The translations under genes and the position numbers were made by a program. 64,000 nucleotides of DNA from the human T2T-CHM13v2.0 reference genome, Homo sapiens: NCBI RefSeq assembly GCF_009914755.1, contig NC_060934.1, one strand, 5' to 3'. Below, in pieces: positions 27,422-40,919 of the stretch. Positions within the stretch are counted from its first letter, which is position 1; each line of letters starts with the position of its first letter. Below the pieces are notes generated by a model. It was given only the letters and a program-made list of their open reading frames with translations, did no database searches and had not been told where the DNA came from.

Positions 27422-27567
27422 TTTTTTAATTGTTGTTTTATTTTTTTTCATAGAGATGGAGTCTTGCTATGTTGCCCAGCTGTTCTTGAACTCCTGGGCT
27501 CAAGAAGTCCTCCTGCCTTGACCTCTCAAAGTGCTGGAATTACTGGAATGAACCACTGGGCTTAGCC
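27422..27567 (-). mobile_element. FLAM / free left Alu monomer
   Basis: Single arm GAACTCCTGGGCTCAAG...CAAAGTGCTGG; flanks CCATTTTT on both sides. Confidence 0.85.
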
Positions 27568-27627
27568 CCATTTTTCACCTGTAACCTTAGTTTGTACAAT
27601 TGTTGACTTTTCTGTTAGAAAATAGGG

Positions 27628-28324
27628 AACCTTCGTATTTAAATAACTTTATAGCAAGTATTGAATGTCAAAGGTTAACTTCAAATAGCAAATGCTTTTT
27701 AGTGTTCCTCTACCCAATGTAAAACAACAAAATTAACCAACTTCCAGAGCAGTATAAGAATTCTAAAAGCATCATTACACCCCCTGGCTTTACATTTTAC
27801 ACTCCATATACTGCAAAAAAAGAAAAAAAAGGAAGATTGTAAGATGCTAGTATAACTGATAATTAAGCGACCATTGGTCAACTTGTAATGATCAGGGATG
27901 GTTTGGAAGTGGGCATAGAACCAATATTGTTGTAGTAAGAAGTGGTGGCTATGAGGATAGGGAGGTAGTGATGCTGGGTGTGGGCCGAGTAGACTAGATT
28001 ATTTCAGGTGCATATCTGTAGTCAAGCACATAAAATGTGTAATTCAGAAACTATTACAATATAATATGACTTGCCAGTTTTTATGAGCTGTTAACCCTAT
28101 ACCAAATTCCAATATACTTAGCAGAGTTTTGATTTCTTCTTTCTTCTTGTTCAAGCCCATATGTGTTTATGTCAGGAGTAAACCAAATACTTGGAGGATA
28201 TAACCACCTACCATGGGTTAAGACTAGAAGACAGTAGAGACTGAAAGGCAAGATAAGGTTGTGTTTTCTCCAGCAAACCTTTGTATTTAAATAACTTTAT
28301 AGCAAGTATTGACTGTCAAAGGTT
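27628..28324. repeat. Dispersed 49-bp direct repeat (27628-27676 and 28276-28324)
   Basis: AACCTT(C/T)GTATTTAAATAACTTTATAGCAAGTATTGA(A/C)TGTCAAAGGTT, 47/49 identical. Confidence 0.95.
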
Positions 28325-28504
28325 GCCTGACTAGGACAGCTTCTTAAATATTGATGGGTTTGATACGGTTTGTCTTAGCTTCTTAAGACATCAAAACATA
28401 GGAGAAAGGATGCTGAACTTTGGAGTATTTGTCTTCATTAAATACATGAGTGACAGGTTAGGTGATCTGCTTCTGTGCCAGGTTAAATAATGAACTATAA
28501 TATT

Positions 28505-28900
28505 ATAGTAGTAATAATAATATCTGCCTTTTGTAAAATGCTTTGTGTACTAAGCACTCGGATGAGTACTTTATATACTTTATCTTCTTTAATCTAAATT
28601 ACCATGCATGAGACAGCTGCTGTTATTTACAGAGAAGAAAACCCACAACAGGAAAGTTGTGGCAGAAACTTGCCAGGGTCACTAAGCTAGGAAATGGAGG
28701 AGCCAGGTTTCATACAGAGCAGTTTGAGCATCAGAAACCAACCAGAACTACAGTTACCTGGCATTGGGTAAACCATGTCATTCTCTGCATTTGTTTCTTT
28801 AACTATTAATTTATTTAAAACGTATGCCTCCCTGATGAGGCTGTTGTATTAAGTGAAATAATGCATATAAATGCGGACAGTTCTGCCAGGTGCATGGTAG
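28505..28900. mobile_element. Two adjacent MIR remnants in opposite orientations
   Basis: Minus: ACTTGCCAGGGTCACTAAGCTAGGAAATGG; plus: TTAAGTGAAATAATGCATATAAA. Confidence 0.6.
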
Positions 28901-29077
28901 GCCGGTTTTACCAGCTAGTATGGTGTATTTCTACTACAACTCATTTTACTGGCAGCAGCTCATCTGAAGCTCTGATTGTTTTAGAGCATTTTGATGTTCC
29001 TTTGAATAGATTAATTTAGATCTGACGATAAGATGTTATAACTAAGACTCTAATTCTGATACAATCACCCAAACTAG

Positions 29078-29108
<31 letters not shown>

Positions 29109-29180
29109 TTATATATGTATATATATGATATAAGGATATGTGATATACAGAGAATATGATGGTATGTATGTATATACATA

Positions 29181-29614
29181 CAGTTGACCCTTGAATGACA
29201 CAGGAGTTGGATCTGTCCCCCCGCACAGCCCGCACAGCTGAACATCCACGTATAACTTTCAATTACACTCAAATTGAACTACTAGTAGCCTACTGATGAG
29301 GGGAAACCTTACCTATGACAGGAAAATTCAATGAACACATATTTTGTATGCTCTATGTATTATATACTGTATTCTTACAATAAATTAAGCTAGAGAAAAA
29401 AATTGTTATTAAGAAAATAAGGAAGACGAAGTATATTTACTGTTCATTAAGTGGAAATGGATCACCATAAAGGTCTTCATCCTCACTGCCTTCAAATTGA
29501 GTAGTCTGAAGAAGAGGAAGGGTCTTGCTGTCTCAGGAGTGGCAGAAGTGGAAGAAAATCCATGAATAAATGAAACTGTACAGTTCAAACCTAGGTGTTT
29601 TCAAAGGTTAACTT
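29181..29614 (-). mobile_element. Tigger2a (MER28) DNA transposon
   Basis: TIRs CAGTTGACCCTTGAA / TTCAAAGGTTAACT; internal ATAAAGGTCTTCATCCTC and GGTCTTGCTGTCTCAGG; (TA)/(TG) microsatellite abuts the left end. Confidence 0.88.
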
Positions 29615-30044
29615 TATACATATGGGTGTGTGTTTTCTAATTGCTGATGGAAATTATATACCTAAACCATTGTTATTTTGACCTGTCGAATTTTCTCTTA
29701 ATCCCTAATTTAGAAGAATTTTTGAAAAAAAAAATCCCTAAGTATCCTGAAAATAGACTATGATTTTCACATCCTTTAAAAATTGATGTATAGGGTGTGA
29801 AAATGAAGCCAGACAAAAGAAATGAGATCACTTCTTTTTAAAATTAAACTTTGTCATTGTTTGTACTAGCTATCCTACAGCCCCAATATAGTTTTGAAAT
29901 TGAATAGATTCCTAATGGAACTGTAACCCATCAAAATGTGTTGCCTGAAGCTTCACAAAACTGCATGGACATTTCGACTTATAATATAACAGGTGTATAA
30001 ATATATTTATAATTTAGGTTATACCACTAACTTCTTCCTTACAC

Positions 30045-30250
30045 AAGTTCTGTGGTGAGACTGCCAGAGTTTGAATCTTGCTTCACCACTTATCAGCATG
30101 TACTCCTATGCAAGTTGTTTAGATTCTCTGCATTTGACGTGCTCACCAGTGAAATGGAGATAATAAACCCTTAAGTAATTAGGGTTGTCATGAGCATTAG
30201 CGTTTATGTGCCTGCCATGTAGGAATCCTCAGTTAATGTTAGCTGCTATT
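30045..30250 (+). mobile_element. MIR
   Basis: AGACTGCCAGAGTTTGAATC...CCACTTATCAGC; AGGGTTGTCATGAGCATTA. Confidence 0.75.
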
Positions 30251-31584
30251 AATACAATTATTATCAAAATCATTATTATAATTCTCATTTTTAAAAAGTA
30301 GTTTATTGAAAACAACACTGAATTAGTAGACAAATCCTATGTTTAACCTGAAAGGTGTGTTACTGTCTCAACATTATGATTTTCTCATCAATAAAATAGA
30401 AATAATAATACTTGTCTTGGCTATCTCATTGGATTATTCTGAGAATCCAATGAGATGCCATTGGTGAAAGTGATATGAAAATTGCTAAATGTTATATAAA
30501 CATAAAGTGATATTTATGTTATATTAAAGAATGAGCCTGAGAGAAAGACTGAAGAAATGTTTCATGAGGGGGTGAGGCAGTCCCTTTTAAGAGAAGCAGG
30601 AAGAAGTTTTCACGAGCTCTTGGGTACAGGCAGGTGAAAAGCTGAAACTCATGCTGAAAATGAGAGAATATCAAAAAGGCATGAACATACTGATATGGCA
30701 GATTTCTGTTTGACACTTAGGGAATATGAAATGCATTTTACAAAGAAGCATAGATGAGATAACAAAGATTATAGTTCATAATGGGGGAGGATTTCTTACT
30801 TTCTTTTTGGCAGATTTTGAATTTCTACTAGTACCTTAATCAGATGATGTAAGATAGATATATTATTGTGGAGAATTCACCTTTCTGAGATGTGCAGATC
30901 AGCTTGGCATATATTGCAAGCCCTGAGAAAAGTACTGGCTTAAAATTTCTTATCTACCGGAAAGCATACGAAATATTGTGAGAGTGGAGAGAGAAAAAGA
31001 AGATTGAGAGAAAAGGAGAGAGAGAGAAAATGGGGTAAGGATGTCAAAGTTTCACATTTGTTGGTTTCTAGCAAAGGGGCAGTATAAAGCAATTTGTAGT
31101 TGTCACATTTGAACACATAAAATTAAAATTTTTTCAAAAAACAATTTGCTTTATTGATGGTTCCATTTTTACTTTTGTAAATTTCTGAGTAAAACATACT
31201 TTTTAATCTTTTCTGACAATCCTTTCTATCTGAAAATCTGAGCTATTTATCAGAAATCATGTCAGCCATACACTGTGCCATGTGATATTTTGCATTTATA
31301 TTGAGTCCTTCAATCAATAAAAAATATATTAGAGTGCTTTAAGAATCACCTTACAGAGTAATGAAAGGAAATCAGTTTAAAACTAAGTGGCTTTTGATAT
31401 TTTACAAGGTGCACTGTATAAATTTAATACCACCCAGAAGAATAGGACTCTTGAGGCTGAGACCAGGCAGTATGTTGGAATCTGGGAATTATGAAGTGTT
31501 TAATGCTGAAAGATGCCTTAGACATTATCCAGGTCAATATCCCTATTTACAGATGAGAAAATAGAGCCACACAATGGATTAATT

Positions 31585-31802
31585 CAGTGATTCTATTTGC
31601 AAAGTATGGTTTCTGTAGGATCAGTATGACCTAAGAACACATTAGAAATTCCAATTCCAGGGGCCTATTCCCCAGACCTACTGAAACTCTGGGATCAGGC
31701 CAGCAATCTTTTTTTGTTTGTTTGTTTTTTGAGATGGGGGTCTGTGTATTTTAAGAAGCCCTCCAAGTGATTCTGATATGCACGATAGCTTGAGAACCAC
31801 TG
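31585..31802 (+). mobile_element. MER5A carrying a tiny Alu-like insert, apparently nested in a MIR
   Basis: CCCCAGACCTACTGAA; AAGCCCTCCAAGTGATTCTGAT; TTGAGAACCACTG terminus. Confidence 0.85.
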
Positions 31803-32584
31803 GACTGGCTTTTAATTTTTCTAACACCTACCCCAATATTTTACGCATTGTACCATGCTGCTGCTTCTCTTTCAATCAAAGTTTTACTCTTTAGAATTGA
31901 GGGGAGTAAGAATTAAACTCAACTGTGTCCACGTATACCAAAATAGTGGGAAAATCAAGGAAATAATTTTGTAACACAGCTCTTAAAACAACTGTCAGAC
32001 TCGAGAATTGTTAGATGAAAGTAGTATTCTTAAGATTTAACATTGTAGATAACTGTCTCATTTCCCTACTCCACAGAAACTGATTAAACTACAATCTCTA
32101 AGAGATATTCAGGAACACTGCTCTAGCCTCATACTATTTAGAAATAGCCCTAATATTTTGATTGAAATGAGTCAATCCTATATCACTTCACCTGTCTTGC
32201 ATCCAGATTAACAAAGAACTGCAAAGGCTGGTAAACAGAGCCCCAGCCATCTTTTGAGTTTTCTCCCTTGCCCTGCAAATACAAACACTTCCTTAACTAT
32301 CCTGTAAGCTCATGTGTAATGCTCTGAATACTTAATGGGTATTTTAGGATGCTGAGTATGGGAAAAATAAGAATTAATACACATTGTATTTAATCACTAA
32401 AAGATTACTATTATTGAACTCTGAATGATATATAAATTTTCCTTTTGGTTGGTTTAAATGGGTTTACTTAGATTCATTATAATTCTTCCATAAAATAATT
32501 GTAATGGGCCTTTTGCAAACAAATCAGGTACATGTTTTTCATCAGTGAATTCAAGAAGAAACAATGAGAATCTTCTTTGGAGAC

Positions 32585-32740
32585 AGAAACCAATTTACCA
32601 TGAAGCTAATAAACCTTAAACTCAGTGTCCTTCCAAAATCCAGTGCCTAATTTTGGACTTATAATTTTGTATTTTTTTTCTTGAACAGAGCCTCCTGAAT
32701 TCTATAAGCTTTAGGCCCCACATAACCTTCAGCTATGGAG
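32585..32740. mobile_element. MER53-like hAT element
   Basis: TTTACCATGAAGCTAAT...TATAAGCTTTAGGCCCCACA. Confidence 0.55.
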
Positions 32741-33569
32741 TCTTAGTTACTCTGTCAGTGAGCAGAAATACTTTACATGTTGAACTCGGTAAAAGTCTTT
32801 CTGTTTATGCTCAATGAACATTGAACCAAAATGAGCACCCGTGCCAGTTTAAAAGCAGGTAGAAATTGTTTGTATATAAGCACCTTGACAGTTGTGAGTG
32901 GTTTTCGATTAGCATTAGACTGGGTTGTAAACCACTTCTTTAGCATTTTAGATTTCCTTTCTCTTGAATAGAAATAGACAAGAAGCACTTAGCAGCTTAC
33001 CACAACATTAGGCAATGAAGTGTGTGTTCACACATGTAAAAATGTATGTCTCTAAATGCTTTCAAAAGGAGGGCAACTTTACTGTCGATCAGTTCTGGCC
33101 CCAGGAATTCAAAAACACTTCTTAGTTTAAACATTGGAAGAGAAAGCATCTGGATTCAAATCTGAAATAAATGACAAATGCGTATTAAATAGATATTTAT
33201 TTGATTTGTGTGGCTCTCATCTCTGATGTCTTAGAGCAACAGCATAATTTACATCTTCATCTTAGTGAAGGAACTTTTTTTCATCACTGAAAGGAGACAA
33301 AAAATGATTCAGTTGTAAATATGACCTAGTTTAAGTAGATTTGGATGTTATAGCTAATTTAAAAATTCCAAAGGGGAGGGTTGCATGATTGCTATGTTCT
33401 TTTCTGGTTATCATTTTAAAAATTGAAATGTTGCCAGCAATGCTTTTAGGTTAGTCAAGGATAGGGAGGGGAGGTATGAAGGAGAAACAAACCATGTCAT
33501 ATCTCTAAATAATAACGCTGTTAAGCAGGCAAATGGTAGCACTCAACATTCCAACTCACTCTGATGTGT

Positions 33570-33790
33570 TAATATATTGAGGCTTTAGATTCAATTGCTC
33601 TAGAGTTTTAGACTCATTACCTCTTTTCGCAGTGTTACTGTTAGCTAGTTGTCATCTAGTCCAAGAAATTAGTCTCTTTGAACCTCAATTTCTTCAACCA
33701 TCAAAGATACATAACACCTACTACAGATGTGTGAGAATCAAGTTATGTTAAGCTTCTAGGATGGTATCTGGCACACAGTCAATAAATACA
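33570..33790 (+). mobile_element. MIR
   Basis: CTCTTTGAACCTCAATTTCTTCA; CTGGCACACAGTCAATAAAT. Confidence 0.65.
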
Positions 33791-35029
33791 AAACAGACTT
33801 TATAGCCTTCTCAGTGAATAAATCTGAAGCACATTTTATATACATGAGATCACCTGGGGGGAACTAGGTTGAGAATTAAAGTGCCTCTTGCCTATGTGTG
33901 TCTATATTTGGGTAACAAAAGCCTAGAGCTTTTGCTGACATAGTTGAAGGAGTAAATGGTGAGAGCAGGAGAGACAAGTAACTGCCATGCTCTTCTTGTG
34001 AACTTTTGATAACATTACAGATGATATAGTCACTTACATGGAATTGGTTGTACTTTGTCTTGATACTCTACTTTAAAAGCTGGTAGCTTGTTAAATGTTC
34101 TGCCATTCACGGCTACAAGTGAGAGCTGTGAGTTCCCGAGGGAGCCCTATATACAGTGATGCCTGTGGTACTGAGAAACTAAGCTGGGTTCCAGAAGTTT
34201 ATTAATGCTTGCTTTCAAAGTGACAAGGGGGATCACAATGTAAGATTACAGTATTTGTCATCACCTTCTCTTCATTTTTCTTTACTCTCTTTCAATAAGA
34301 AGTTGGCCTTTTGGTTAGGCCTCTCCAGATGGTAATATACTAGCGTAAGATTCCAGTAAGACCAACACCACACTGCAGTTTGAGGTGTGTTCCATGGCTC
34401 TGCCAATGTTGTGTTTTCATTTTTTAATTACTCAACAGTTTGCTACAACGACTGAGATCTCTACCATAGAAATTGCTTCTTGGATTGAGATATTCTTTCC
34501 AGAATGTCACAGAAAAAGTTTTATATTTTACCTGGGTTGATTTAACTTCATCGGTGGGAAGACCTGATTCTTCTTTTTATAGAGATGTATATAACTCATT
34601 GTGATTAGTTCCTTTTATCCTTGCTACCAGGAAAACAATGGTAAATTGAATATATAAAAACTATATAGATTATAATCAATAAGTTTATATACATGTGTAT
34701 AACTGTCCCACTTTTGCTATATGAGCCCGCTCATGGCTTCATCATTTTTTTAACCTAGAACTTTTCTTCAACTCCTAAGGACCTGCACAACTTTGAGAAT
34801 GGAGCCATTTTAGAGACCTATAATATATTAATTCTAATACACTATCACTAGTCATAAGAACAATTTTAAAAATAGATAGGTTGAAATTTTAGAGTTAAGT
34901 ATGAAACAAATCAGTAACTTTTTATTAAATTTGTATTTAAACTTAAAAGTTTTAAAGATAGATTATATACAAATAATACATATTCATTGTTATGAAAATA
35001 ATACAATAAAGAAAAATACAAACATATTA

Positions 35030-35245
35030 TAACAATTAATATTCACTTAGGTCTTACTGTGTGCCAGGAACTTGGCTAAGATATTACATCATGAGGTAGG
35101 CTTTGTTTTTCCCATATCACAGATAATAAAATGGCAGCTTCAAGAGGTGAAGTAACTTGCCCATGGTCACGCACTTTGTAGTGAAGCTGGAATTTGAAGT
35201 TAGGTACCCTGATTACAGAATTGTGATTCTCAACCACTATATTAC
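35030..35245 (-). mobile_element. MIR
   Basis: AGAGGTGAAGTAACTTGCCCATGGTCAC. Confidence 0.75.
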
Positions 35246-35269
35246 AAATCCAACCCAATTTATAACTCT

Positions 35270-35890
35270 TTATTAGCATACTTCGAAACAGTTATGTGTA
35301 TGAATATGTGTATGCCCATACATGTATAGTGACATAAAATTATATATAATGATATCTTACTTTCCATGTTGTTATGTACACTACCTTTTGTTCAACAATG
35401 TATCATGGGCTTTCTCCTCTATATAAAAGGATTGATATACATACATAATATTATATTCTATATCTCAAAAATAGCAGGGCCCTTTTGATGAATATGTGTT
35501 ATGTCCTATTTCACAAATAGAGAGGTATAGATAATTTCCCTAGAATATCCTTTTACAGATCCTTTATACACTGATGATTTGTTTCCTTGGAGTAAATCCT
35601 AATAATGGGAATAGTGGGACAAAGGACATACCCATTTTATGTTGTGGCACATCCATCTAAGCAACCAAACAGGAAGGCTTTGCAAATGTATCTTCCCAGC
35701 AACAAGGTAAGAGAGCAATATCCCATTCCTAAGTGTTATTTTCAAAATTAGATTATATCAATATTTTTAAACTTTGCTAACTGTAATTGTTTGAGGATGG
35801 AATTATTTTCTTTTTTTTAACTGAATTCTAAATGTGATAGTAATTTTTTTCATTTTCTATTGTCATTTGCGTCTACTTGGGGAATTAATG
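35270..35890 (-). mobile_element. Old L1ME fragment
   Basis: GGAGTAAATCCTAATAATGGGAATAGTGGGACAAAGG; TTCCCAGCAACAAGGTAAGAGAG. Confidence 0.6.
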
Positions 35891-37861
35891 AACTTGTGCT
35901 TTTAAATAGCCTTATGATCCAAATAAATATTTTTACAAGCTTAAACTATTAGAATCCCATAATATTAGCAAAATGTACAATACTTTTCTGTTTCACTTAT
36001 GTTGCTCACTTCAAAATCTAATACTTTTTTAAAAAATAGAACTATCATACTTGGATTCTATAAAGTTTACTATCAAAAAGTTTAAGGTAATCACTTACCA
36101 TTTCTGAGATGGATTAAAATGTTATAGTACAGTGTGGATTCATATTGCTGTGAAAGTCACTTTATCTAAAAGCTTTTCCTGGAGGAACTTATGGTGAGAT
36201 AAATGGTTTCATATTTTTGGTACGTTATTTCCCATAAAGCAATATATTCCAAATGTGTTAGCATTGTACACTTGCATCATATTAGTCAATCTGCCAACCT
36301 AAAAAAATGTAAAAAGCAAAAATATTTCCCATGTAGTATTACCATAAAAAGCAGTAACTCACTAGTGTTTTTATTCAAAACACAAATGTGAAGACATACT
36401 GAATTTAAATCAACTATATTACTTTATTTTGCTGTTTTAAAATAATACTAATGTTGTATAGTCTTCTTACAATTATGTGCATTTCCTTTTTGCATGTATG
36501 AAAATCCTAAATGTGGTATTCCCATCGAAATGCTGACTGGTGAAAAGAAATAGGCACAGTATTGAAATTGCATCATGATAGAGGATCTAGATAAGTAGTT
36601 TTGAATATTTTCATTACTATCACTTTTACCACTTACAAGTCAGTTTTGTGAATCAATCAGGTTTATAAAATAAATATCTTGATGGAATAAGATATTTACC
36701 AAGTTACACCATCCTATAAACAAAAGCATTCAAAACCTGAAACAGCTGATGTCTTGGAGTTTTGTTTTGGTTACCTGCAGTTTGGTTTTGATTACCTATG
36801 TTTATTCTAGTTTCATATCCCATCTACATTTGTCTAAGCTACTTTACATCATTGGTTACTTACTTAGTCCCTCTTCTGTGGTATTTCCGTGCTTCCTGGA
36901 ATATTGTTCATTCAATATATTCAATTGACAGGCAGTTTTTTAAACTTTGGTTCAGTAACAGAGGTACTAAATCACCTGGAAGTTGTTTCTGTGACTAGTA
37001 GGCTACACTGAAATTAACAGATTTGTTGTTCGTTAGGATTCTCTAATCATGTTCATTTTCAGGATATAATAACAGTCCAGAGGCTTGTAAGTTGTAGTCT
37101 ATTAAATCCCTCTTCCTAGAGAGTTGATAAAACAGGAACATAATGCTCTTCATTCCTATTTTCTTCTCTGGATATTTCTAACAATTTCATGATAAGTCCT
37201 AATAGATAAATCTAAGCACACTTCAATTAGATTATTGGTAAATAGCAATCCTTACCAAAATTGCCTTTTCTACTCCTTTAGCTTGAAGACTTAACTCCAA
37301 GTGGTCAAATTAATAACCTGAATTTTTAAATGTGATCATTTCCTTCACAAACCATACTATTTTTAGGTTGTAATTCATACTCATAATTTTTTCTAAAGAT
37401 AATCATTTTTCCTTGTCATTTTCTGTTTTTAAAGACATTCTTCTGTCCAATCCTCATCTTTTGACAGTCCAAAATTTTGTCCGTCATGACTGGATTTTTC
37501 ATGGTAAGTGTAGAAGTATAGAGAAACAACCTATAATGGATCTATCCCTCTTTGCTGGGCAGTGGTGAGAGGGCACCATTGAAGTCTGTCTTCTCACAGG
37601 GCCAAGAACTTCAGGATTAGTGAAACCAAGAGAAGGCTGATGCTTTCAAATACATATGCCCCTTAACTAAGCCATACTGTCAGCAATAAATCTTCTATTT
37701 ATCCTTTAATGTCTTTTAATAATAGCTTTGAAATGGGCTATTAATGCCAACATTTTCAATAGAGTCTGTTAGAAGACACCATGTTACTCATGCTAGCTCT
37801 GTATGCAAGTTTACATTAATTACAGTGATTTTCTTTCTACTTTTTATTTGAGAATCTTTGA

Positions 37862-38308
<447 letters not shown>

Positions 38309-38989
38309 GATTTTATTATTCATAATGGATGTCTTAGTAATTCTGGGGGAGTTTTGTGAAATGCACATGAAATTAATACACATATAGAAAAGATGAAGTG
38401 TGATGTCTTCAATACATTTGCAATTTTTAATTATCTCTCACTATGAAACATTAACATAAATGTTTCCTTTGTCACTGAGTTTTGTGATACTGTTAGATTA
38501 AGGAAAATAAAGTTTCAGAAAGACTAGCATGTCACTTATAATACCTAAAAGTGAACATATCTTTTAACAAAATGTTATATCTTAATTATACCATATTTAC
38601 CAATTTTTATTTGGAATACAAAGTCACAAATGGAAGAGAAAAAGCCAACATAATATTTTGATTAGATTTCATGAAGTCCTTTTCTGATCTATTAACTATA
38701 TGAGGAGACTGGCTATTGTTAACTACTTCTAGGGTAATAATTTCATTTTCACTATATTTCCATTTAATTTATAAATGTTGATATTTGTGTCAATAAAGTT
38801 CTCCTATGACTATTAGCACTTACAGATTTTAGCAATCCTCACAATCACTTTTTATGTGAAGAGTCTTGAATTTAGCATGTAAAACATCTAGTATAAATTA
38901 AAAGAAAATGTAGATTAAATGGATATATGAAATCAAACTGTCTTTCACTGGGAATTGGGATCTGGCAGTTACATTTTAATATATGTTTT

Positions 38990-39520
38990 CTTTAAAATCC
39001 TTCCACATCCCATTCTTCTCTCTCTACCTCTCTGGAAGTAATAACGCTTCTCCAGTTGGTCTGCATCTTTCTCATCCACATTCTCATATTTTTACTACAT
39101 ATGTGTTTGTCTGTACACAAAATATAGTGTTTGTGAGTGTTCATGAGATTTATAAATAGGTGCCACAATCTTTGTATCCTTCAGCAACTTGTCTTTGTCA
39201 CTCTCTGTTATGTTTTTAAGATATATCCATGCTGTTATGTGTATATATAGTTTGTTAATTTTAAGTTCTATTTCATAGTCTATTGCAAGGTACAATGCAG
39301 TTTGTTGATCTTTACTTATTGTTAAAACTTTGAGATCATTCACCCAAATTTTGTTATTACAAACAACATTACAATTATTATTCTTGCATGGGAATTCTGA
39401 AATTCTGTTATCCTATATTCTTGCCAACACATGGTATTATTAGACTTTAGCCGTTGACAGTATAATAGATTTGAAATGGTACCACTTTGTACTTTTAATC
39501 GGTATGTTTCTGAATTAAAA
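38990..39520 (-). mobile_element. Old L1ME fragment
   Basis: TTTTAAGATATATCCATGCTGTT; TTTTGTTATTACAAACAAC; TCTTGCCAACACATGGTATTATTAGAC. Confidence 0.65.
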
Positions 39521-39919
39521 AAATTATTTTTCTGTGTTAAAATATTTTAAAAACATTATTAAGCTTTTATACCACTCCTCTTTCTTGAAAATGCCATTTT
39601 CATGGAAGAGAATTAAGCTCTTGTCCAACACTTACCTACATTAGCTTAATATACTTAAACAGCCTTTTGTCTTCCATAAGAAGAAAGAAAAGATCAATTT
39701 GAGGGGCAGCTATTTTTTATTAAATGTAGAAAAATTATATTCTTTTTTTTTGTATATTATGCAACTATGCTTTTTCTAAATTAGCTCACTGGAGACAGAA
39801 GGATTCATGTCTTTAGCTTTTTTATTTTTGTTTTTAGAGAGATCTGTCAATTAGAGTGAAATGATTAAATCATCACCTACTTGACACCAAGCGGGGTGGT
39901 CTCCTACTTCCTTAGTATT

Positions 39920-40792
39920 TATTGCGGGATCTGGCCAGCAGCCCACAATGCAATGGGGCTCTTTCTTTGTTCCCAGGTGGATCAGCAGGTCGAGAAATAA
40001 TAGACACGCACAAGATAGTGAAAGCTGGGTCCAGGGGGGGGTCACTGCCTTCTGGTCCCGCGATGCCTCCAATGCACTGGATATACCAGCATTTATTAAG
40101 TTTAGTGAGGGCAGGAGTAGGTTAGTGAGGGATTTAGGGTCATTTGACTATGAGGTGAGATGGTCACATGGGGATGAAGTAATTCTTTAACATAACATCT
40201 GTATGCAGAAGTACAGTATACAGAGATAAGAATTTACAATATAGTGTGTGCATCAGTAATTTCCAACAGAGCCTTAAAACAGAAACGCAGTCTTTCCATA
40301 ACCTATGATTAGCAAGATATTAATCAGCAGGAACAGTTGCAGCAAAAGCTGGTTACAAACAATCCATAGAAACAGGACGTGAAGCTAGACAACCGGTTAT
40401 ACCAGAAATTCTCAGAAGGGAGTATGCCCTAACCCTAAAGAGGCCTAGAATAGCCATGGCAAGATGAGGGCATTTATAGCCCTATCTTATCCATATGGAC
40501 AGGTGCCCCTCATGCGTCTGTTTATAGGCTCTCCACAAGGGTCGCATTCCATTCCCCGAGCTATGAACATCTGCTTTTCTGGGATAGGAATCTTGGTGAT
40601 GTGAAACCTCCCTGACTACATGTCCATTCATAGGCTCTCTGTAGGGGGAAGCACGTCACGCGCTGCTGGCTCATTCTGGCAGTCCAACCTGGCATTGTCT
40701 TTACACAATCCTGCATGCAATTTTATATTTACAATAATCAGGAGCATTTCATCTTTTATTCCATAGCAATAGTTTCAGGGGGTCTCCCTACA
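39920..40792 (-). mobile_element. Solo LTR, MER11D (HERV-K11D/HML-7, ERVK)
   Basis: 873 bp; ends T(A)TTGCGGGATCTGGCCAGCAGCCC and CAGGGGGTCTCCCTACA; perfect 6-bp TSD AGTATT (39914-39919 / 40793-40798), typical of betaretroviruses; minus-strand AATAAA near 40092. Confidence 0.85.
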
Positions 40793-40919
40793 AGTATTAC
40801 ATACTCTACCTACACAATCCTGCATGCAATTTTATATTTACAATAATCAGGAGCATTTCATCTTTTATTCCATAGCAATAGTTTCAGGGGGTCTCCCTAC
40901 AAGTATTACATACTCTACC
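40702..40919. repeat. Perfect 109-bp tandem duplication over LTR end, TSD and flank
   Basis: 40702-40810 is identical to 40811-40919. Confidence 0.97.
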
